This document shows, piece by piece, positions 22,677 through 35,804 of a stretch of DNA of 64,000 bases (the first letter of the stretch is position 1; the number at the start of each line of letters is the position of its first letter). The DNA is from Octopus vulgaris (Eukaryota). The DNA is taken from contig OX597827.1 of assembly GCA_951406725.2 (NCBI GenBank), positions 5,456,001 to 5,520,000 of the forward strand. Reading direction: 5' to 3'. The position numbers and the translations under genes are program-made. The notes beneath the pieces are model-generated. The model did not search any database and was not told the DNA's origin. It worked only from the letters and a program-made list of their open reading frames with translations.

Positions 22677-22855
22677 AATATTACCTTATAGAAGCAAATT
22701 ATTTGAGCGCTACTAAGTGATTTCTATATAGAAATTATCTCAATCTCATCACTTGACTCTCTTTCTGTGTGTGTGTTTGTTTGTGTGTGTATATATATAT
22801 ATATATGTGTGTGTGTGAGTGAGTGTGTGTATGTGTGTGTGTGCGTGTGTGTGTG

Positions 22856-23005
22856 TGTGTAGCAAGTAGCTTGCTTACAAACCATATGGTTCTGGGTACA
22901 GTCCCACTGTGTGGCACCTTGGGCAAGTGTTTTCTACTATAGCCTCGGGCCGACCAAAGCCTTGTGAATGGATTTTGTAGACGTAAACTGAAAGAAGCCC
23001 GTCGT
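22856..23005 (+). mobile_element. SINE family A, 5' part
   Basis: Head plus CORE-like block up to the microsatellite. Confidence 0.85.
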
Positions 23006-23030
23006 ATATATATGTATATATATATATATA

Positions 23031-23220
23031 TCATCATCATCATCATCATCATTTAACGTCTGCTTTCCATGCTAGCATGGTTGGACGATTTTGACTGAGG
23101 ACTGGCGAACCAGATTGCTGCACCAGGCTCCAATCTTGATTTGGCGGAGTTTCTACAGCTGGATGCCCTTCCTAACGCCAACCACTCCGAGAGTGTAGTG
23201 GGTTCTTTTTACGTGCCACC
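23031..23220 (-). mobile_element. RTE 3' UTR (family E)
   Basis: (ATC)n then TTTAACGTC...GGATGCCCTTCCTAACGCCAACC. Confidence 0.8.
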
Positions 23221-23925
23221 AATAAAATATATAGATACAATATAAGATATGTACATATATACACAAGGGTACTACATGAGTACCTATATCGCTAATGATA
23301 GAAGTAAAAAAAAATACTTCTATACTACCAAATTGTCACAAATCCATATATATATATATATATATGAGATTGATATGAATTGTGCTAGTTGTTTCACAAA
23401 CAAAGTAGAGTACAGGGACATAAGAAGAAGAATTTTATTACAGTATTATGGTCACCGACCACTGGTGGTCCAGTTAATTTAAATATCTTGCAAACACCTT
23501 GCACATGCAAGTGCTACCAGTTAAAAGCTCCGTATATCGGAAGCTAGCAAGTGTATGGGGTCATCAGGAGAGAATGCGCGCCGTTTCGGGGCCTACCTCT
23601 AATATATGCTAATATATACCATTAAGAGTAAATGTTTTAAACAAGGTTCCTTTGCCATGAGCCATCTGATGATTGTTTTAGCTACTCAAGGAGACCACAG
23701 TTAAGAGAAGAATAAGCGCAGGTTATATAATTTTATTTTGGGCTAGAACTTGCAAATAACTACCTGTTTCACTATATGTTTTACAGGCATTTTCAAAGAT
23801 ATATCTAACCATAAAAATATATCTAACCATATTCTTTGAATGATGGTGTAGGGTCGGGGTGGTTGCAGTTTTGAAAGAAAGCATCAAAATAAGGCTGGAA
23901 GAAAACAGAAAACAGAAAACAAACT

Positions 23926-24075
23926 ACATGGCTGTGTGGTTAACAAGTCAGCATTGCAGCTACTTGGTTTTGGGTTCAGTCCTACTGTGTGGCACCTTGG
24001 GAAGTGTGTGCCACTGTAGCTCTTGGCTAACCAATGCCACGTAAGGTAACTTGGATAATGGATGCCTATCATGTA

Positions 24076-24111
<36 letters not shown>

Positions 24112-24285
24112 CCCACTGCTTGATAAGCAATGCTGGGTTGTTAACATGCTCATGATTTAGCAGTTTGGCTAATGAGACTGGCAGAATATGTACCAGATTT
24201 TAAAATACTGGGTCACTTTGTTTCACTGAACCTTTCAGGGCAGTACCCAGCATGTCTGCTGTCCAATTACTAAAATAATTAAAAA
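23926..24285 (+). mobile_element. SINE family A, old copy
   Basis: Diverged head, (TG)n and tail. Confidence 0.7.
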
Positions 24286-25249
24286 AAGTTAACTCATTTT
24301 AAATATATTTGGAAGTAATCAGTTATATTAAATACAGAAAAAACTCTAATGAAGCTGCTTTGTTTTGCATAAATGTAAAAAGTGTGAGTAGAAGTGATAG
24401 AAAACTTTAGATAATGAAATCAGTTTACCAAGCAAAAGTTAGCAAATTAATAGTTTATAATCTAAAATCAGGAAGAAATAAGAATTCTAAAGTATTAATC
24501 TCCCATATCAGGGGAAGTTACTCTTAACCATTGATTTATTATGTTACAAAAATCTATTCTACTCGAGAGTGTATCGAGAATTAAAACAAATATATCTTAA
24601 GATTACTCACAAGAAATTTATATAAAAAGAAGTTATTATATTCACTTCTTTATTCTTATTACTACACAAGGCTGAGAAATTTGTAAATAAACCTATTTGT
24701 TAAATGCAATGAGAATTACAGTTTCCTACTGTATAGACATTTAGATGGTGAGAGAAACATCACGGTGTTATTTGTCTAGCAAATTTATTTTGCGTAATCA
24801 ATTCCACTACATTGTGAAGAAGTAATTAAGTATTTACATTGGAATCAAAAGCTATACATTATTACGGAGTCGTGTACATGGGTCTAATCTAAGGGAACTA
24901 ATCTAAAGTTCTCATAACTGGTTATTGCTAGTTAAGATACTGTTAACCCACGTTCAAGCAAGCAGATCAGCCATGGAAGTGGTGTAGTATACCAATTAAT
25001 CTACCCAACAGACATTTGTTTTTTTTTTACAACACTTATACCTTAAGAAATAATATATATCCAATACACACACAGGAATATTATAATACTAAAATCAATA
25101 AATAGACCAAGTATCTATCTATCTGTCTGTCTATCTATTTATCTGTCTGTCTGTCTATCTATCTATCGACTTATCTACCTATCTATCTATTTATCTATCT
25201 ATATTACTAGGCATAAATAATGGGCATTACACATTTTTCTGTATTGTAC

Positions 25250-25307
<58 letters not shown>

Positions 25308-25309
<2 letters not shown>

Positions 25310-25472
25310 CACAGGAGTGGCTGTGTGGTAAGTAGCTTGCTAACCAACCACATGGTTCCGGGTTCAGTCCCACTGCGTGGCATCTTGAGCAAGTGTCTTC
25401 TGCTATAGTCTCAGGCCAACCAATGCCTTGCGAGTGGATTTGGTAGACGGAAACTGGAAGAAGCCTGTCGTA

Positions 25473-25551
<79 letters not shown>

Positions 25552-25761
25552 TTGTGTGTCTGTGTTTGTCCCCCTAGCATTGCTTGACAACCGATGCTGG
25601 TATGTTTACGTCCCCGTCACTTAGCGGTTCGGCAAAATAGACCGATAGAATAAGTACTGGGCTTACAAAGAATAATTTCCGGGGTCGATTTGCTCGACTA
25701 AAGGCGGTGCTCCAGCATGGCCGCAGTCAAATGACTGAAACAAGTAAAAGAGTAAAAGAGT
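25308..25761 (+). mobile_element. SINE family A, full length, within (TA)n
   Basis: Close match to the young copies. Confidence 0.9.
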
Positions 25762-26242
25762 ATATATATATATATACACAGCTATTTATATATGTGTGTA
25801 TGTGTTATATCCATAAGTTATTATTCAAATGGCAGTTGGGTAGGGAAGCTTTTAAACTCTGTGAAACTTTGGCATAACTACAGTTTAGTGCCCAGCTGAA
25901 TTTGTTGCCACTTATCTTTCTGCAAAATCCATATTCGTTATTGAAATTTTGCAGTAAAGTATTTTCAAAGGAATGAATTACATTTTGGTTTGGTTGTTAA
26001 GAATTCTTGAAAATAATTTGCTTTTGAAGAACTTTCAGATCATTCCCTAAACTCCCAGCTTGGTTTCTACATAACCCTCTATAAAATATATAGTTTTGAA
26101 TAGTATTTAGCAAAAATACTATTTCAGTATCATAGATTATGTAATGTTGACTTTTTACAAGAATTGAAATCAGAAAAAGAAGTGCAAAATGCCAAAGACA
26201 AAGTTGGTGGAGGTTGGGAAACACAGTAAACTGTAATAAATA

Positions 26243-26662
26243 GGCACAGGAGTGGCTGTGTGGTAAGTAGCTTGTTTACCAACCACATGGTTCCGGGTTC
26301 AGTCCCACTGCGTGGCATCTTGGGCAAGTATCTTCTGCTATAGCCCCAGGCCGACCAATGCCTTGTGAGTGGATTTGGTAGACAGAAACTGAAAGAAGCC
26401 TGTCGTATATATGTATATATATATATATATATATAAGTGTGCGTGTGTGTGTGTGTGTGTGTTTGTGTGTCTGTGTTTGTTCCCCTAGCATTGCTTGACA
26501 ACCGATGCTGGTGTGTTTACATCCCCGTCACTTAGCAGTTCGGCAAAAAGAGACCAATGGGCTTACAAAAAGAATAAGTCCCGGGGTCGAGTTGCTCAAC
26601 TAAAGGCGGTGCTCCAGCATGGCCGCAGTCAAATGACTGAAACAAGTAAAAGAGTAAAGAGT
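26243..26662 (+). mobile_element. SINE family A, full length
   Basis: Close match with a small internal deletion. Confidence 0.9.
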
Positions 26663-26700
26663 AAATGTGATACATATAGCAAGAAATCCTTCATTCAAGC

Positions 26701-26860
26701 ATGCATGCATACATACATACATACATCTATCCATACATACATACATACACACATACAGACATACATACAGACATACAGACATACATACAGACATACATAC
26801 AGACATACAGACATACATACACACACACACACACATACAGACAGACATACAGACATACAT

Positions 26861-26895
<35 letters not shown>

Positions 26896-27113
26896 TACAG
26901 ACAGACAGACATACATACAGACATACATACATACATACATACACACATACATACATACATACATACATACATACAGACAGACAGACATACAGGCATACAG
27001 ACATACATACACACACACACACACATACAGACAGACATACAGACAGACATACATACATACATACATACATACACATATACATACATACATACATACATAC
27101 ATACATACATACA

Positions 27114-27146
<33 letters not shown>
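26701..27146. repeat. Compound (CATA)n/(CAGA)n/(CA)n microsatellite
   Basis: Directly visible; source of several spurious ORFs. Confidence 0.95.
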
Positions 27147-27148
<2 letters not shown>

Positions 27149-27340
27149 CGTCATCATTTAATGACTATTTTCCATGTTGGAATGGGTTGGACTGTTTGAC
27201 GGAAAATGGGTGAGTGGGGGAAATGCATCAGGTTTCAATCTGATATAGCATGGCTTCTACAGCAGGATGCACTTCCTGACACCAACCACTCCAAGAGTGT
27301 AGTGGATGCTTTTAACGTGCCACCTACATAGGTGCCAGTC
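27147..27340 (-). mobile_element. RTE 3' UTR (family E), diverged
   Basis: GGATGCACTTCCTGACACCAACCACTC...TTTTAACGTGCCACC. Confidence 0.7.
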
Positions 27341-27349
27341 ATGTATATG

Positions 27350-27386
<37 letters not shown>

Positions 27387-27599
27387 TTGTGTGTCTGTGT
27401 TTGTTTCCCCAACATCGCTTGACAACCTGTGCTGGTGTGTTTACGTCTCCGTAACTTAGCGGTTCAGCAAAAGAGACCGATAGAATAAGTACTAGGCTTA
27501 CAAAGAATAAGTCCTGGGGTCGATTTGCTCAACTAAAGGTGGTGCTCCAGCATGGCTGCAGTCAAATGACTGAAACAAGTAAAAGAGTAAAAAGAGAGT
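27340..27599 (+). mobile_element. SINE family A, microsatellite plus 3' half
   Basis: Family A tail. Confidence 0.85.
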
Positions 27600-27814
27600 A
27601 TCATGGGAACTCGTTTCATTGATGCTGAAACTAGCTAGATCCTAATCTCAGCTGGGAACTTTCTACAGAAGGGACATAAGATTAGTACCTTCAGGTTTTT
27701 AGTTTTGTATAGTATCACTTTGACAGTCGCTTCTAATAATAAACAACAGCCAAATCAGAGAGTAACATCTTGCAATTCCTCCAGGAGTACTCAGTTGCTG
27801 ATACTGTTCTTCAT

Positions 27815-28225
27815 CATTCCATAACTTTTGAAGAAATACAATTCTATATTTCTGAGATGAGGAATTTATATTATGTACACTGTTTATATTAGTTGGGACT
27901 GGAGTCCTCACCTTGATTGTTGCTTTCACTATGTTTTAGTTGTTGTATTCTCAAGCCTTCTTCAGGTGTATTGTGTTGAACTCATTTGGTGTACCAGAAT
28001 TTATTTGATCCATGGAGTATACTATTCTATTCCTCTGTCTGTGTTACATGACGCTTTTTTTTTAAATTTTAATTTTTGCTTCAGTGTATCCCTGAAGATC
28101 AAATAAAGGCTGGAGCAGACAACAGCCAGAACATAGTGAAAGCAACAAACAAGATGATTACACCAGTATAACTAATATAAAAAGTACACATAATTCTGAA
28201 TAAATGTTCTTCAAAAAGTTTCGGA
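27815..28225. mobile_element. Old inverted pair of PLE terminal repeats with decayed hammerheads
   Basis: Minus-strand CAC-CTGAAGA-AGGCTTGAGAATACAACAACT-AAAA-CATA-GTGAAAGCAACAATCAAG (27969 leftward) mirrors plus-strand AAGGCTGGAGCAGACAACAGCC-AGAA-CATA-GTGAAAGCAACAAACAAG (28106 onward). Both resemble 17467-17570. Confidence 0.65.
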
Positions 28226-28366
28226 GGACAACCACTCTTCATACCAACAAAAGTTCTGCATGGTTATGATCCTTAGAAACTTGACAATGATTCTAATATT
28301 GACCGGAAATATAGCCTCTCTCAAGCTTGTGACCATTACATTATATTTCAATCCAAGAGCAAGAGA

Positions 28367-28661
28367 CATCATCATTATCATCATCATCGTTTAACATCCG
28401 CTTTCCATGCTAGCATGGGTTGGACGGTTCGACTGGGGTCTGGGAAGCCAGAAGGCTGCACCAGGCCCAGTCTGATCTGGCAGTGCTTCTACAGCTGGAT
28501 GCCCTTCCTAACGCCAACCACTCTGTGAGTGTAGTGGGTGCTTTTTACGTGCCACCGGCACAGGTACCAGGCGAGGTTGGCAATGGCCACGATCGGTTGC
28601 TGCTTTTTACATGCCACCGGCACGGAGGCCAGTCGGGGCAGCGCTGGCAACGGCCACGGGC
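28367..28661 (-). mobile_element. RTE 3' UTR (family E)
   Basis: (ATC)n tail plus two internal repeat units. Confidence 0.85.
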
Positions 28662-29524
28662 TTAAAAATACCATTTGAACAAAGCTGAATGTGACCCATT
28701 TAAACCTATAAGATATGCCCAGAGATGTCAATTTTGTCCCATATTCATGGAATACATTATGCATTTGAATGGTAACTCCTCCACCATCACCAACGCTATC
28801 AAAATATCATTTCCAAAGTAGCATGACATTTAGTAGAACGGTGTACAATGGCATTAGTAGGAAAGACAAACACAGCCTCATAGAAACACAAGTTTCTTCA
28901 GGTATACGATTGATTGTCATTTGAAGTTCAATATGGCTGTTGTTTCCAGACGATGCATGCATGATTTCTTTTAACAAGAAAAGGCATCTATGTAAACACT
29001 AGCGTCCATATTGATTATATGTAATCAACGATTTTATTACTACCAATGAACAAATGATACAGTTGAAAACAGGGTTTTAATATCTTGCCATCCATCTAAC
29101 ATCGTCCGCACAAATAATACACACTCCTGTTTGATAATCCGCTACTGAGTCACCAGTACGCTCCATATGCAAGCAACCATACTCACTGATGTGCATGAAT
29201 GAAGACGCATGTATGCACGTGCACGTATTGAGGTTGTGTGGAAGTGCTTAAGAAGTGTTAAGGAAATAGACAAACAAATTTAATGATTTCAAGTTATGAA
29301 AAGAAGCAGAAAAAACACAAAGCTATCTGGAGAAGAAAAGGATAAAACTGAGGTAGGATATATATATATATATCTATATGTACATATACACACAAACACA
29401 CACACACACACATACACACACACACACACATACACACACAAACACAACACACACGCATATATGTATATGTGTATGTATATATATATAAATACAATAAATA
29501 CACACACAAATACATATATGTATA

Positions 29525-29579
<55 letters not shown>

Positions 29580-29773
29580 CGCATGAATGTATACACACAC
29601 ACACACAGAAAATTCATTTGTTCATTTAATGGGTCTGTTTACCCGCTAATATAGGCTGGATTGGGATGTATTTATAGAAAGATTTTACAGTTGGATGCTC
29701 TTTCTGTTGTCAATGCCAACTGGTTTATTTGTTTGTTTGTATGCATGCATGCATGCATGTATCTATCTATCTG

Positions 29774-29821
<48 letters not shown>

Positions 29822-30459
29822 CCTATCTATCTATCTACCTACCTACCTATCTACCTACCTACCTACCTGCCTACCTACAAATGACTGAAACGAGTAAAAG
29901 AGAGTTCTCTGTCTGTCTAGAGAATGTAACAGAGCATACTAACACAATTTTTAAATTTCAAGTGAAGGCCTAGAGGTTAGGGTGTTGCACTGATGATCAT
30001 GAGATTGTGTTTTCAATTCTCAGTCCAGCTGTGTGTTGTGTTCTTGAGCAAAGCCAATTTATTTCACAAGCCAATTTATTTCACATTACTCCAGTTCACT
30101 CAAAGCAAAGAATTAAATCAAATCAAATAAAATCAAAAATAAATTAAAACTACTGACACATTCTATGCCTACCTACCAAAAGGGACATATCTAAATATGC
30201 AAACCTACTTACAAAGTTCTATGAACATGAATAAATTCTAAACAATAGCATAACCACAAATTGATTCAATAAAAATTTCTTCAGAACACCTTTTAATAAT
30301 AACCCGCCCTAAGACCTAATTACAACTCCACTCAAACCCACACACCTGAGGAAGATATTAACTCAACAGAGGCTATAATAAAGCCTAGATTACCTTCAGT
30401 GCATCACAAACTAACGATGGCTTCACTGGATGAAACTTTGAAGTCACTATCAATAATAT

Positions 30460-30859
30460 TTTTACTCTTTACTCTTTTACTTGTTTCAGTCATTTTGACT
30501 GTGGCCATGCTAGAGCACCACCTTTAGTCGAGCATATCGACCCCGGAACTTATTCTTTGTATGCCCAGTACTTATTCTATCGGTCTCTTTTGCCGAATCG
30601 CTAAGTGACGGGGACGTAAACACACCAGCATCAGTTGTCAAGCAATGCTAGGGAGACAAACACACACATGCACATATATATATATATACATATATACGAC
30701 GGGCTTCTTTCAGTTTCCGTCTACCAAATCCACTCACAAGGCTTTGGTCGGCCCGAGGCTATAGTAGAAGACACTTGCCCAAGGTGCCACGCAGTGGGAC
30801 TGAACCCGAAACCATGTGGTTCGTAAGCAAGCTACTTACCACACAGCCACTCCTGCGCC
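30460..30859 (-). mobile_element. SINE family A, full length
   Basis: Close reverse match. Confidence 0.9.
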
Positions 30860-31346
30860 TGAAGAATAATAAATCTATACTATACAAGTGTAGATTAACC
30901 CATCAGATTAATGTAAAATTGTTCCTGTTATTGAACTGAATATAAAAACAAGCATTAACGTGTATGTGTGTGTGAGTGTGTGTGTGCATACGTGTGTGTG
31001 TGTGTGTTCATGTATCCTCTTGTTTTGACATCCTGTGATGATTGTAAACGAGCATCCCTGTCATACAAGTCCGGCTTTTCATTTCCTGGCTTCCTTTCTA
31101 GTTAAGGGAAATATAACCTTATTGGTGACAGGGAGGGAGGGTTGGTGATTGGGAGGGCATCTGGCCATAGAAAATCTGCCTCAACAAATTCCATTTGACC
31201 CAAGCAAACATGGAAAGGTGGACATTGAATGATGGTAATGATGATGATGATAATGATGACTCCCTAACAAATTTCTTTAGGGCTGCTTCTATTTAATAAT
31301 GGAATAAAATGCAAATTTCAATAGTTACAGATGTATTATAATCATA

Positions 31347-31750
31347 GGTGGCGAGCTGGCAGAAACGTTAGTACGCCGAGCGAAATGCCTAGTGGTATTT
31401 TGTCTGTGGTTACGTTTTGAGTTCAAATTCCGCCGAGGTCGACTTTGCCTTTCGTCCTTTCAGGGTTGATTAAATAAGTACCAGTCAAACACTGGGGTCG
31501 ATATAATCGACTTAATCCCCTTGTCTGTCCTTGTTTGTCCCTTCTATGTTTAGCCCCTTGTGGGTAATAAAGAAATAGGTATTTTGTCTGTGGTTACGTT
31601 CTGAGTTCAAATTCCACCGAGGTCGACTTTGTCTTTCATCATTTCGGGGTCGATTAAATAATTACCAGTCAATCACTGGGGTCGATATAATCGACTTAAT
31701 CCCGTTGTCTGTCCTTGTTTGTCCCTTCTATGTTTAGCAATAAAGAAATA
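31347..31750 (+). mobile_element. SINE family B with tandem duplication of its 3' ~180 bp
   Basis: GGTGGCGAGCTGGCAGAA head and GAGTTCAAATTCC B-box. The block starting GGTATTTTGTCTGTGG occurs at about 31394 and again at 31578. Confidence 0.85.
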
Positions 31751-32145
31751 TATAATCTTTGAGTCACATAGTGATGGAACCATTCTTCACAAACCTTATG
31801 AATAACAGATATCTGGTGCAACTATCATTGCATCAGACCCACATACAAGTTTTAGCTGGTGGATGAAGAACAAGCCATGAAGTCCTTCATATTGAAAATT
31901 GTGAGAAATACAAAATATGCAAGCGTATTAAACTGAACATTTCTAAGAGGAGAAATGCTGGGTAATATTGGAATGGAGATAAATGTGAAGAACTGAGATA
32001 ACAAGTTAATATACTGAGATCAGTAAAGTAAATGTATACGGAAAAATATGAAGGTCAGCCATATATGGTTATCATATTGAAGTATAAAGATAAAATAAAT
32101 ATGGAGATAAGAGAGAAATATGAAACTATGAAGTTGAGAAACGGC

Positions 32146-32209
32146 AATAATAACAATGATAATAATAATAATAATAACAATAATAATAATAGTAATAATA
32201 ATAATAATA

Positions 32210-32246
<37 letters not shown>

Positions 32247-32365
32247 TGATAATAATAATAATAATGATAATAATAATAATAATAATAATAATAGTAATAA
32301 TAATAGTAATAATAATAATAATAATAGTAATAATAATAATAATGATGATAATAATAATAATAATG

Positions 32366-32416
<51 letters not shown>

Positions 32417-32476
32417 GTAATAATAATAATAATAATAGTAATAATAATAATAATGATGATAATAATAATAATAATG

Positions 32477-32527
<51 letters not shown>

Positions 32528-32572
32528 GTAATAATAATAATAATAATAATAATAGTAATAATAATAATAATG

Positions 32573-32607
<35 letters not shown>

Positions 32608-32626
32608 AATAATAGTAATAATAATA

Positions 32627-32699
<73 letters not shown>

Positions 32700-32714
32700 C
32701 AACAACAACAACAA
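32146..32714. repeat. Long (AAT)n array with AGT/GAT variants
   Basis: Directly visible; explains the poly-N/I/L/Y ORFs. Confidence 0.95.
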
Positions 32715-33023
32715 TAAAATCCAGATGCAATATAAATGAATAAATAAAATGATAAATTTGATGTTGAATAGAATAATCTAAAATGGTGAAATATCAAGAA
32801 AAGATGAAGATAAACGAAATGCCGAATAAAAGCTGCTGAATGGAGAAGAGAAACATATATATACATATATATACTCAGATATAAAGGTAGGATGCTTTTA
32901 TAAAAACAAATTTCAGAAGTAATTGCAGAAATATGGAGTTTGTGATGAAATAAAATGTAACAATGAACTGCAATGGGTTTGCAAGAGAAATAGAGAAATA
33001 GGCAACATAACGTAAGAACGATA

Positions 33024-33209
<186 letters not shown>

Positions 33210-33393
33210 AAAGCAAGAGAGAAAGAGTGAGACTGGAACATTGAAATAACAATGAGATTGAAATAACAAATAACTGGGACATAGAGCTAAGTAAATTAGA
33301 AGTGTACACGAGAAAGAATCTAAACTAAATCTGGGAAATATAATAGAGACTGGAAAATGTCTATGTGAATGTGTGTGTGTATATATATACATA

Positions 33394-33429
<36 letters not shown>

Positions 33430-33440
33430 TGTATGTATAC

Positions 33441-33500
<60 letters not shown>

Positions 33501-33845
33501 CGAAAGCATCAATGAAATATAAGTGCTTTCTTTATATTTCACAGTTTTGTCTCTCTGTTCCTGTTGTACTGGCATTTGTTTCATATCGCTATTCTTCCTT
33601 GCTATCACCATAATTCTCTGTTATGTCCATATTTCACTAACATAACTTATAATTTTCTATTATCTCCATATTTTACTTCCATAGCTATTTTTTCTGTTAT
33701 ATTCATATTTCCAGCCTCCTTCTCATATTTCTCATAACCAGCTGATATTTATCATTTATTGCTTTCTCTTTGTGTGTGTTTCTCTGTACACACACATATA
33801 TATATATATATATGTATAATATATAAATACAAATATGTGTTTGTT

Positions 33846-33876
<31 letters not shown>

Positions 33877-34577
33877 GTATTTGTATGTAATTTTGTATGA
33901 ATATATAATATCTTATATGTTCCTCTATCATAATGTTTCAAAATTGTTTTCATATTTATCTGCTTTTCCAGCATAATAATAAATATTATTCTCATAACCC
34001 ACACACCAGCCTCCTGAATATTATTCGTGTAACTTACCCTTCTGCTCTGTTACTACTAAAAAGAAATTTTTTTTTTCCCTATTTTCTTATGGTCATTTAA
34101 CTTCATTTATTACTATAATATCACAATTTCAGTGTTTTGCTCAATACTGTCAGCTATCATGAAATTGTTGTTTCAAATAATAAGATTTTGATTGTTTAGA
34201 TGACCAATGGCTGATGGTTTGATACCGTGCGTCATTTGAAAAAGTGGATTTCTCAAATTGTTCTGGATTGTATCAATTTTAACTGAAATAAGGCAATTTT
34301 AAGATATTTCTATGTAACCTGTATATAAATGCTGATATTGCAAAGTTGAGCCTATCATAAGCTAATTTTATTCATGATGCTCACTTTTCCCGTATTATGC
34401 ACTGCCGAAATTCAAGTGCATTAAATTTGCCTGTGTGTCTTTTTATGTCGTTGAATATGATACTTATTTTATCAACCATGATAGGAAGAAAAATGCCCCA
34501 AAATGCCTATTTCACAAAAGGAGCATGTTACCAAAGCTGACAATTAAAACATAAACCAAATGAGCAAACTGTCATAG

Positions 34578-34775
34578 TATAGGTTGCTCTCTGACAGATT
34601 TATGGCTGAGCATGTGGCAATGGAGACCTCTGGCATTTTCAGTACCCAAACCATAACCCTGCTCACTGTTAGCAGGGTGGGAAGTGGCTATCTGAAAGTG
34701 CAAGACCTGTGAGTCAGAGTGGCTGTTCCAGTGCATCTCCCTCACCATCCTCCAGGGCAATGCCTTTTTCCATTT
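34578..34775 (+). pseudogene. C-terminal remnant of a CRE-clade (restriction-like endonuclease) non-LTR retrotransposon
   Basis: YRLLSDRFMAEHVAMETSGIFSTQT followed after a frameshift by ESEWLFQCISLTILQGNA, matching the CRE-type FxPxAxETxG...LxQRISxAxQRGNA signature. Confidence 0.7.
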
Positions 34776-34892
34776 TGTCTGCTGGGACCCTGAGGCAGTC
34801 TGAATTGCAAGAAATTGCATGTTCTCCTCCTTAATGTAAAGTTACCCCATATAAACAAACAATAAATTATCATTAAAAAAAATGTCAAAATA

Positions 34893-35295
34893 GGCGCAGG
34901 AGTGGCTGTGTGGTAAGTAGCTTGCTAACCAACCACATGGTTCCGGGTTCAGTCCCACTGCGTGGCATCTTGGGCAAGTGTCCTCTGCTATAGCCCCGGG
35001 CCGACCAATGCCTTGTGAGTGGATTTGGTAGACGGAAACTGAAAGAAGCCTATCATATATATATATGTATGTGTATGTGTTTGTGGGTCTGTGTTTGTCC
35101 CCCTAGCATTGCTTGACAACCGATGCTGGTGTGTTTACGTCCCCGTCACTTAGCGGTTCGGCAAAAGAGACCGATACAATAAGTACTGGGCTTACAAATA
35201 ATAAGTCTCGGGGTCGAGTTGCTCGATTAAAGGCAGTGCTCCAGCATGGCCACAGTCAAATGACTGAAACAAATAAAAGAGAAAAAAGAGAGAGT
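34893..35295 (+). mobile_element. SINE family A, full length
   Basis: Close match. Confidence 0.9.
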
Positions 35296-35299
35296 ATCA

Positions 35300-35575
35300 T
35301 TCCTATTCTGATCTACATACTGAATCTACAACTTGATGTAGAGGCTACAATACATTTCCCACTCTATTGATCCCATGGTTACCCCCACTCAGACTCACAT
35401 TACTCATTACCTCTCCTCCTTTCCCATTCATATTGTGTTGCTCACTCCAGACCTTGCACCAACCACTTAAACCTTGTCTTTCTTTCTAGTAAGGTTCTTC
35501 TTTAGAATTCCATTCATGCCCATGTTTTTCCTGCAGTGATCAATCCACCGTTGTTCTGTGAAAACTCACCATTTT
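35300..35575 (+). pseudogene. Decayed CR1/Jockey-group LINE ORF2 C-terminus
   Basis: SHSYCVAHSRPCTNH..FLSSKVLL*NSIHAHVFPAVINPPLF resembles HPYxV...RT...F..RT..LWNSLPxxVFP...N...FK. Confidence 0.5.
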
Positions 35576-35804
35576 CAATAGAGCTGTAAAGACCATGGAC
35601 AAAACCTCTTCTACTAGATCAAACTATCAAAGCAAATTAAAAAAAAGGGTGGCACAAATGATACAAGAAATACCCGTGTGCCACCAACCCTTCATCAGTT
35701 ACATTTAATACCGTTATGGTTTCCAAAGTTGATTATTGTAATACTCTGGTTTTCTCAAAATCCTTTCAACAAGATGTTGATCAGTCAGTCTGTCAATCTG
35801 TCTG

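Noticed and set aside
23290-23325. CTAATGA plus TAGAAGTA/TACTTCTA hairpin
   Set aside because: No GAAA or stem I; a simple inverted repeat.
26495-27213. Long overlapping ORFs rich in HTYI/YVCM
   Set aside because: Translations of (CATA)n/(CA)n microsatellites and a SINE tail. The same applies to most ORFs in the track.
30340-30450. CTGAGGA / CTAACGA...GAAACTTTGAAGTC motifs
   Set aside because: A stem III-like part exists but there is no matching stem I or II.
32020-32866. 200+ aa poly-N/I/L/Y ORFs
   Set aside because: These are reading frames of the (AAT)n array; no coding signal.
35645-35705. Minus-strand CUGAUGA followed by a GGUGGCAC/GUGCCACC hairpin
   Set aside because: No GAAA after the stem; more likely a LINE 3' UTR hairpin.
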